Source: an uncultured Clostridia bacterium
GTDB taxonomy: Bacteria; Bacillota; Clostridia; Christensenellales; Aristaeellaceae
Direction of reading: 5' to 3'
DNA: 32,000 bases
Assembly (NCBI GenBank): GCA_937907055.1
Contig: CALCTW010000094.1
Span: forward strand, 7,638 to 39,637
Shown here: piece after piece, positions 26,639-32,000 of the stretch
How positions within the stretch are numbered: the stretch's first letter is position 1
Layout of the letters: every line of letters starts with the position of its first letter
The notes under the pieces: generated by a model
What the model was told of the DNA's origin: nothing
Database searches by the model: none
Seen by the model: only the letters and a program-made list of their open reading frames with translations
Position numbers and translations under genes: made by a program

Positions 26639-26974
26639 ATGTTTGTTAAAGCGAAAGACACCGTGGTCGTCCTCTCCGGTAAGGACAAGGGCAAGAAGGG
26701 CAAGGTCATTGCTTCCATGCCCGCCGACAACAAGGTTGTTGTTGAAGGCGTCGCTGTTGTGACCAAGCATCAGAAGTCCCGCGCTCAGGGTCAGCCCGGC
26801 GGACTCATCAAGAAGGAAGCCGCCATCGACGCGTCCAACGTCATGGTCGTCTGCCCCAAGTGCAACAAGCCCACTCGCGTCGCTCACAAGATCGTTGAAG
26901 TGACCGCGAAGGACGGCACCGTTTCCAAGAAGAATGTCCGCGTGTGCAAGCACTGCGGCGCCGAAATCGACTGA
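26639..26974 (+). CDS. rplX: 50S ribosomal protein L24 (Cys4 zinc-ribbon-containing form)
   Basis: 111 aa with KOW motif [15 protein letters not shown]. The C-terminal region carries CPKC...CKHC. Confidence 0.96.
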   Translation: MFVKAKDTVVVLSGKDKGKKGKVIASMPADNKVVVEGVAVVTKHQKSRAQGQPGGLIKKEAAIDASNVMVVCPKCNKPTRVAHKIVEVTAKDGTVSKKNVRVCKHCGAEID

Positions 26975-26992
26975 TAAGGAGAGGGCAAGAAA

Positions 26993-27535
26993 ATGTCTAC
27001 CAGATTACATGAAAAGTATCTGACCGAAGTTCGCCCTGCTCTGCAGCAGAAGTTCGGTTACAAGAATGTTATGCAGATCCCCCGCCTCGAAAAGGTGATC
27101 ATCAACATGGGTCTGGGCGATTGCAAGGACAACGCCAAGGCCATGGAAGTGGCTGTGGCTGAGCTGACCACCATCGCCGGCCAGAAGCCCTATGTCACCA
27201 AGGCGAAGAAGAGCGTCGCTAACTTCAAGGTCCGTCAGGGCCAGAACATCGGCGCCAAGGTCACCCTTCGCGGCGACCGTATGGAAGAATTCATCGACAA
27301 GCTGGTCAATATCGCTCTGCCCCGCGTCCGCGACTTCCGCGGCGTTTCCGGCAAGGCTTTCGATGGCCGCGGCAACTATGCCCTGGGCATCAAGGAACAG
27401 CTGATCTTCCCCGAAATCGAATACGATAAGGTCGAGAAGATCCGCGGCATGGAAATGATCTTCGTTACCACCGCTCAGACCGATGAAGAAGCCAAAGAAC
27501 TGCTGCGCCTGATGGGCATGCCGTTCGAACATTAA
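26993..27535 (+). CDS. rplE: 50S ribosomal protein L5
   Basis: 180 aa, [40 protein letters not shown]... Confidence 0.98.
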   Translation: MSTRLHEKYLTEVRPALQQKFGYKNVMQIPRLEKVIINMGLGDCKDNAKAMEVAVAELTTIAGQKPYVTKAKKSVANFKVRQGQNIGAKVTLRGDRMEEFIDKLVNIALPRVRDFRGVSGKAFDGRGNYALGIKEQLIFPEIEYDKVEKIRGMEMIFVTTAQTDEEAKELLRLMGMPFEH

Positions 27536-27549
27536 GGGAGGAAAGCAAA

Positions 27550-27735
27550 ATGGCAAAGACTAGTATGAAGGTTCGCCAGGCTCGTCCTGCGAAGTTCTCC
27601 ACTCGCGCCTACACCCGCTGCTCCCTGTGCGGACGTCCCCACAGCGTGCTGCGTCGTTACGGCATCTGCCGTATCTGTTTCCGCGAATTGGCCTACAAGG
27701 GCCAGATCCCCGGCGTCCGCAAGGCGAGCTGGTAA
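27550..27735 (+). CDS. rpsZ: 30S ribosomal protein S14 type Z (zinc-binding)
   Basis: 61 aa with [23 protein letters not shown] (CxxC...CxxC). Confidence 0.97.
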   Translation: MAKTSMKVRQARPAKFSTRAYTRCSLCGRPHSVLRRYGICRICFRELAYKGQIPGVRKASW

Positions 27736-27753
27736 GTATAAGGAGGAACCAAC

Positions 27754-28152
27754 ATGGTTGTGAATGATCCCATTGCCGATATGCTCACCCGCATTCGCAA
27801 CGCGCAGGTCGCTCGGCATGACAGCGTGATGATCCCCGCCAGCAACACTAAGAAGGCGATCGCTAAGATCCTTCTGGACGAGGGTTACATCAAGTCTTTT
27901 GAAAATATCGATGACGGTCTCCAGGGCAACATCAAGGTCACCCTGAAGTATCTGGATAAGAAGCAGCCCGTCATCGTTGGTCTCAAGCGTATTTCCAAGC
28001 CCGGTCTGCGTGTTTACGCGACCTGCGAAGATCTGCCCAAGGTTCTGGGCGGTCTGGGAATCGCGATCGTTTCCACCAGCGAAGGTCTGATGACCGATAA
28101 GGTGGCCCGCACCAAGAACCTGGGCGGTGAAGTGCTCTGCTACATCTGGTAA
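27754..28152 (+). CDS. rpsH: 30S ribosomal protein S8
   Basis: 132 aa, [13 protein letters not shown]...GGEVLCYIW. Confidence 0.98.
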   Translation: MVVNDPIADMLTRIRNAQVARHDSVMIPASNTKKAIAKILLDEGYIKSFENIDDGLQGNIKVTLKYLDKKQPVIVGLKRISKPGLRVYATCEDLPKVLGGLGIAIVSTSEGLMTDKVARTKNLGGEVLCYIW

Positions 28153-28180
28153 TACCATTACGCTTTAGGAGGTAACAATT

Positions 28181-28729
28181 ATGTCTCGTATCGGAAGACT
28201 TCCGATTACCATTCCTGCCGGCGTGACGGTAACGGTCGATGACAATAACGTAGTTACTGTCAAGGGCCCCAAGGGCACGCTGAGCCAGAAGGTACATCAG
28301 GATATCAAGGTCAATCAGGAAGGCAACGTCATCAACGTGACCCGTCCCGATGATGTCAATATCCATCGCGCGATGCATGGTCTGTATCGCACTCTGATTA
28401 ACAACATGATCGTCGGTCTGACCGATGGATTCGCCAAGAATCTGGAACTGGTCGGCACCGGTTATCGTGCTGCTGCTGAAGAAAACGGCAAGAAGCTGGT
28501 CATCAACGTTGGTTATTCCAACCCCGTGAACGTTTCTGCGCCCGCGAACATCACCTTCGAGACCCCCAACCAGACCACCATCGTGGTCAAGGGTATCGAT
28601 AAGCAGCAGGTCGGCAATCTTGCCGCTGACATTCGCGCCATCCGCAAGCCCGAACCCTATCATGGAAAGGGTATCCGCTATGCCGGCGAGAAGGTCACCA
28701 TCAAGGAAGGCAAGTCCGGTAAGAAGTAA
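28181..28729 (+). CDS. rplF: 50S ribosomal protein L6
   Basis: 182 aa, MSRIGRLPITIPAGVTV...PEPYHGKGIRYAGE. Confidence 0.98.
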   Translation: MSRIGRLPITIPAGVTVTVDDNNVVTVKGPKGTLSQKVHQDIKVNQEGNVINVTRPDDVNIHRAMHGLYRTLINNMIVGLTDGFAKNLELVGTGYRAAAEENGKKLVINVGYSNPVNVSAPANITFETPNQTTIVVKGIDKQQVGNLAADIRAIRKPEPYHGKGIRYAGEKVTIKEGKSGKK

Positions 28730-28746
28730 GAAAGGAGTGAACGCAT

Positions 28747-29115
28747 ATGTTCAAAAAGCGTGACCGTAATGAAGTGCGCGTGATCCGTCACGAACGTGTA
28801 CGCAAAAAGATCAGCGGCACCCCTGAAATGCCGCGCCTGTGCGTATATCGCAGCAACAAGTCTATTTATGCTCAGATCATTGATGATACCAAGGGCATCA
28901 CACTCGTATCTGCTTCCACTCTGGATCCCGCTCTCAAGGGCGCTCTGGAAGAAGTCGACAAGAAGGGTGCCGCCGAGAAGGTTGGTAAGCTCGTTGCCGA
29001 GCGTGCCATCGCTGCCGGCATCAAGGATGTCGTCTTTGACCGTGGTGGCTATGTTTACACGGGCCGCGTGGCTGCAGTAGCCGCAGGCGCTCGTGAAGCC
29101 GGCCTCAACTTCTAA
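28747..29115 (+). CDS. rplR: 50S ribosomal protein L18
   Basis: 122 aa, [34 protein letters not shown]...[26 protein letters not shown]. Confidence 0.97.
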   Translation: MFKKRDRNEVRVIRHERVRKKISGTPEMPRLCVYRSNKSIYAQIIDDTKGITLVSASTLDPALKGALEEVDKKGAAEKVGKLVAERAIAAGIKDVVFDRGGYVYTGRVAAVAAGAREAGLNF

Positions 29116-29130
29116 GGAGGATATGAAAGC

Positions 29131-29655
29131 ATGGCTATGAACGAACGCAGGGAACGCAGGGACCGTGAAGAGCCCCAGAGCGAGTTCAAAGAGCGCCTGG
29201 TTGCTCTGAACAGAGTTACCAAGGTCGTTAAGGGTGGTAAGAATATGCGCTTTGCCGCGCTGGTCGTCGTCGGTGACGAAAACGGCCGTGTCGGCTGCGC
29301 GATCGGTAAGGCCCGCGAAGTGCCCGAAGCCATCCGCAAGGCGTCTGAAAACGCCAAGAAGCATCTGGTGAATGTGCCCATCGTCGGCACCACCATTCCC
29401 CACGCGATTGACGGTTACTTCGGAACCGCCAAGGTCGTCCTTCTTCCCGCTGAAGAAGGTGCCGGTCTGATCGCCGGCGGCGGTGCCCGCGCTGTCCTGG
29501 AACTGGCCGGCGTGAAGGATATCCGCACCAAGACCTTCGGTACCAACAACCGCATCAACACCGTTAAGGCGACCATCGAAGGCCTCAAGGCTCTGCGCTC
29601 CGCGGAGACTGTTGCTCAGATGCGCGGCAAGACGGTTGAAGAAATCATGGGCTGA
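29131..29655 (+). CDS. rpsE: 30S ribosomal protein S5
   Basis: 174 aa, [35 protein letters not shown]... Confidence 0.97.
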   Translation: MAMNERRERRDREEPQSEFKERLVALNRVTKVVKGGKNMRFAALVVVGDENGRVGCAIGKAREVPEAIRKASENAKKHLVNVPIVGTTIPHAIDGYFGTAKVVLLPAEEGAGLIAGGGARAVLELAGVKDIRTKTFGTNNRINTVKATIEGLKALRSAETVAQMRGKTVEEIMG

Positions 29656-29668
29656 GGAGGAAACAAAA

Positions 29669-29851
29669 ATGAAGCTTAAGGTTACGCTCATCAAGTCCCC
29701 CATCTCCAGCCTGCAGAAGCACATCGACACTGTGAAGGCCCTGGGCCTTCACAAGGTCGGTCAGACTGTGATCAAGCCTGATAACGCTTGCATCCGTGGT
29801 CAGATCTTCTGCGTCAAGCACATGGTTAAAGTAGAAGAAATCAACGACTGA
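29669..29851 (+). CDS. rpmD: 50S ribosomal protein L30
   Basis: I chose ATG 29669, after GAGGAGG, giving [27 protein letters not shown] (60 aa). The track ORF is extended upstream into rpsE. Confidence 0.95.
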   Translation: MKLKVTLIKSPISSLQKHIDTVKALGLHKVGQTVIKPDNACIRGQIFCVKHMVKVEEIND

Positions 29852-29868
29852 TAAGGGAGGACACCCGT

Positions 29869-30309
29869 ATGAATTTGCAGGATTTGAAACCGGTTGCCGG
29901 TTCAACCACTGCCCCGAAGCGCCTTGGTCGCGGCGTAGGTTCTCAGTTGGGCAAAACCTCCGGTAAGGGTCACAAGGGCGCCAAGGCTCGCTCCGGCGGC
30001 GGCAAGCGTCCCGGTTTCGAGGGCGGCCAGATGCCCCTGACCCGTCGTCTGCCTAAGCGCGGCTTCACCAACACCTTCGGCAAGGAATATGCCGCTGTGA
30101 ATGTTGAAGTTCTGAACGCTTTCGAAGACGGCACCGTGATCACTCCCGCTCTGCTGGTAGAAGCCGGCATCATCAAGAAGACTCTTGATGGTGTTAAGGT
30201 TCTCGGCGGCGGCGAACTGACCAAGAAATTGACGGTTGCGGTTGACAAGGTCACTGCTTCCGCAAAAGAAAAGATCGAGGCGATCGGCGGGAAAGTAGAG
30301 GTGAAGTAA
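29869..30309 (+). CDS. rplO: 50S ribosomal protein L15
   Basis: 146 aa, [37 protein letters not shown]... Confidence 0.97.
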   Translation: MNLQDLKPVAGSTTAPKRLGRGVGSQLGKTSGKGHKGAKARSGGGKRPGFEGGQMPLTRRLPKRGFTNTFGKEYAAVNVEVLNAFEDGTVITPALLVEAGIIKKTLDGVKVLGGGELTKKLTVAVDKVTASAKEKIEAIGGKVEVK

Positions 30310-30312
30310 GCT

Positions 30313-31596
30313 ATGCTGGATACTCTGCGTAACGCCTGGCGCGTTCCCGAACTCCGTAAAAAGCTGCTTTACACTTTCTTCATGCTTCTCGTCTTCCGTC
30401 TGGTTTCTCAGATCCCCTGCCCCGGCACTTCTTCCATCGCTGAACTGGGTGGAACCGAAGGTCTGCTGAGCAACGGTCTGCTGAGCCTGATGAACATGAT
30501 GAACGGTTCTGCCCTCAGCCAGATGTCTATCATGGCTATGGGTATCAGCCCGTACATCAACGCCTCCATTATCATGCAGCTGCTCTGCATCGCCATCCCC
30601 GCCCTGGAGCGTCTCTCCAAGGACGGCGGCGAAGAGGGCAAGAAGAAGATCAACCGCATCACCCGTTACATGACCGTCGGTCTGGCGGTCCTGCAGGCGA
30701 TCGGTATCATCTCCACGCTGCAGAACAGCTACGGCATGGTAAGTGCCGGCTACCAGAACTTCGGCGGCTATCTGCTGATCGGTGTTGTCATGGCCGGCGG
30801 TACCGCCCTGGCGATGTGGATCGGTGAGCGCATCACAGAGAACGGCATCGGCAACGGTGTGTCTCTGCTGATCTTCGCCGGTATCATCGCGAACCTGTTC
30901 ACCGGTTACTCCAACGCGATCAGCAAACTGTTCACGAACTTTGCCGAAGGCATTGCTCCGTTCCTGGTTCTGCTGTTCATCACCCTGCTCTTCATCGTTG
31001 TCATCACCTTTGTTGACAGCGCTGAGCGCAGAATTCCCGTCCAGTACGCGAAGCGTGTTGTGGGCCGCAAGATGTACGGCGGTCAGAGCACCTACATTCC
31101 CATGAAGGTGCTGTCCGTCGGCGTTCTGCCCCTGATCTTCGCTTACTCCTTCATGGCCTTCCCCACCACCATCGCCGGTTTCTTTGGCACCAACTCCGGT
31201 TTCTACAAGTGGTGCACCAGCAACCTGAGCAATGGCAGCCTGCTGTACATCGTGATCTGCGCGGTGCTGATCGTGGCCTTCGCCTACTTCTACACGGCGA
31301 TCACCTTCAACCCCCAGGATATCGCGAAGAACGTTCAGCAGCAGGGTGGTAACATCCAGGGCATCCGCCCCGGTCAGGCCACTGTTAACTTCCTGAGCCG
31401 TACCTCCACTCGTCTGACTCTGTTCGCCGGTCTGTTCCTGGCCATTCTGGCCACCGTTCCGTCCGCGATCCCGAGCAGCTTGATCTCCATCCCCTTCGGC
31501 GCTTCTTCTATCATGATCGCCGTCAGCGTGGCGTTGGAGACCGTCCGTGCGGTGGAAGCTCAGCTGGTTATGCGCAATTACAAAGGTTTCCTTTGA
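30313..31596 (+). CDS. secY: Preprotein translocase subunit SecY
   Basis: 427 aa polytopic membrane protein with SIMAMGISPYINASIIMQLL and ITENGIGNGVSLLIF, located after rplO. Confidence 0.97.
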   Translation: MLDTLRNAWRVPELRKKLLYTFFMLLVFRLVSQIPCPGTSSIAELGGTEGLLSNGLLSLMNMMNGSALSQMSIMAMGISPYINASIIMQLLCIAIPALERLSKDGGEEGKKKINRITRYMTVGLAVLQAIGIISTLQNSYGMVSAGYQNFGGYLLIGVVMAGGTALAMWIGERITENGIGNGVSLLIFAGIIANLFTGYSNAISKLFTNFAEGIAPFLVLLFITLLFIVVITFVDSAERRIPVQYAKRVVGRKMYGGQSTYIPMKVLSVGVLPLIFAYSFMAFPTTIAGFFGTNSGFYKWCTSNLSNGSLLYIVICAVLIVAFAYFYTAITFNPQDIAKNVQQQGGNIQGIRPGQATVNFLSRTSTRLTLFAGLFLAILATVPSAIPSSLISIPFGASSIMIAVSVALETVRAVEAQLVMRNYKGFL

Positions 31597-31602
31597 TAAG
31601 AG

Positions 31603-31639
31603 GCTCCTTCTCCCGGGAGATGATTCCGGGAGAAGGAGC
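31603..31639 (+). other. 14-bp perfect-stem hairpin between secY and adk (no T-run)
   Basis: GCTCCTTCTCCCGG (31603-31616) pairs with CCGGGAGAAGGAGC (31626-31639) around a 9-nt loop. Confidence 0.6.
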
Positions 31640-31701
31640 ATCAATGGCACTTGAACAAAGTGCCATTCCGTATCTAAACGATTGTTAAGTAGGGAGGCTG
31701 A

Positions 31702-32000
<299 letters not shown>

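Overview
The window looks like an origin-proximal, housekeeping stretch of a fairly GC-rich Firmicutes/Clostridia-like chromosome. The taxon call rests on a T-box leader, the yggS-sepF-divIVA cluster, type-Z S14 and the S10/spc gene order.

Layout:
- Left arm, 1-7451, all on the minus strand: an unknown 174-aa protein, an AddA-type helicase-nuclease interrupted by one in-frame TAG, a DnaA-box cluster, dnaN, a NYN+LOTUS protein and a partial GT2 glycosyltransferase.
- Right arm, 7667-32000, all on the plus strand: lepA, cvpA, a COG2509-type FAD protein, an HlyD-like membrane protein, yggS, sepF, divIVA, truA, a T-box leader with a short alaS, a 2-hydroxyacid dehydrogenase, then the complete S10 and spc ribosomal operons (rpsJ to rplO), secY and the start of adk.

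I found no CRISPR array, transposase/integrase, tRNA/rRNA gene or recognisable defence or toxin cassette. I cannot honestly point to a clear new multi-gene system.

Observations worth a second look:
1. The in-frame amber codon in addA, in a window where none of 36 CDS ends in TAG.
2. Three copies of a perfectly palindromic parS-like site.
3. A phased DnaA-box cluster upstream of dnaN with no adjacent dnaA.
4. A 656-aa AlaRS lacking the C-Ala domain, behind an Ala T-box.
5. Q/P/Y-rich low-complexity extensions in three neighbouring division proteins.
6. Two unannotated structured RNA regions, the S10 leader and the rpsQ-rplN spacer.

The many long ORFs antisense to conserved genes are GC-driven shadow ORFs and are rejected.
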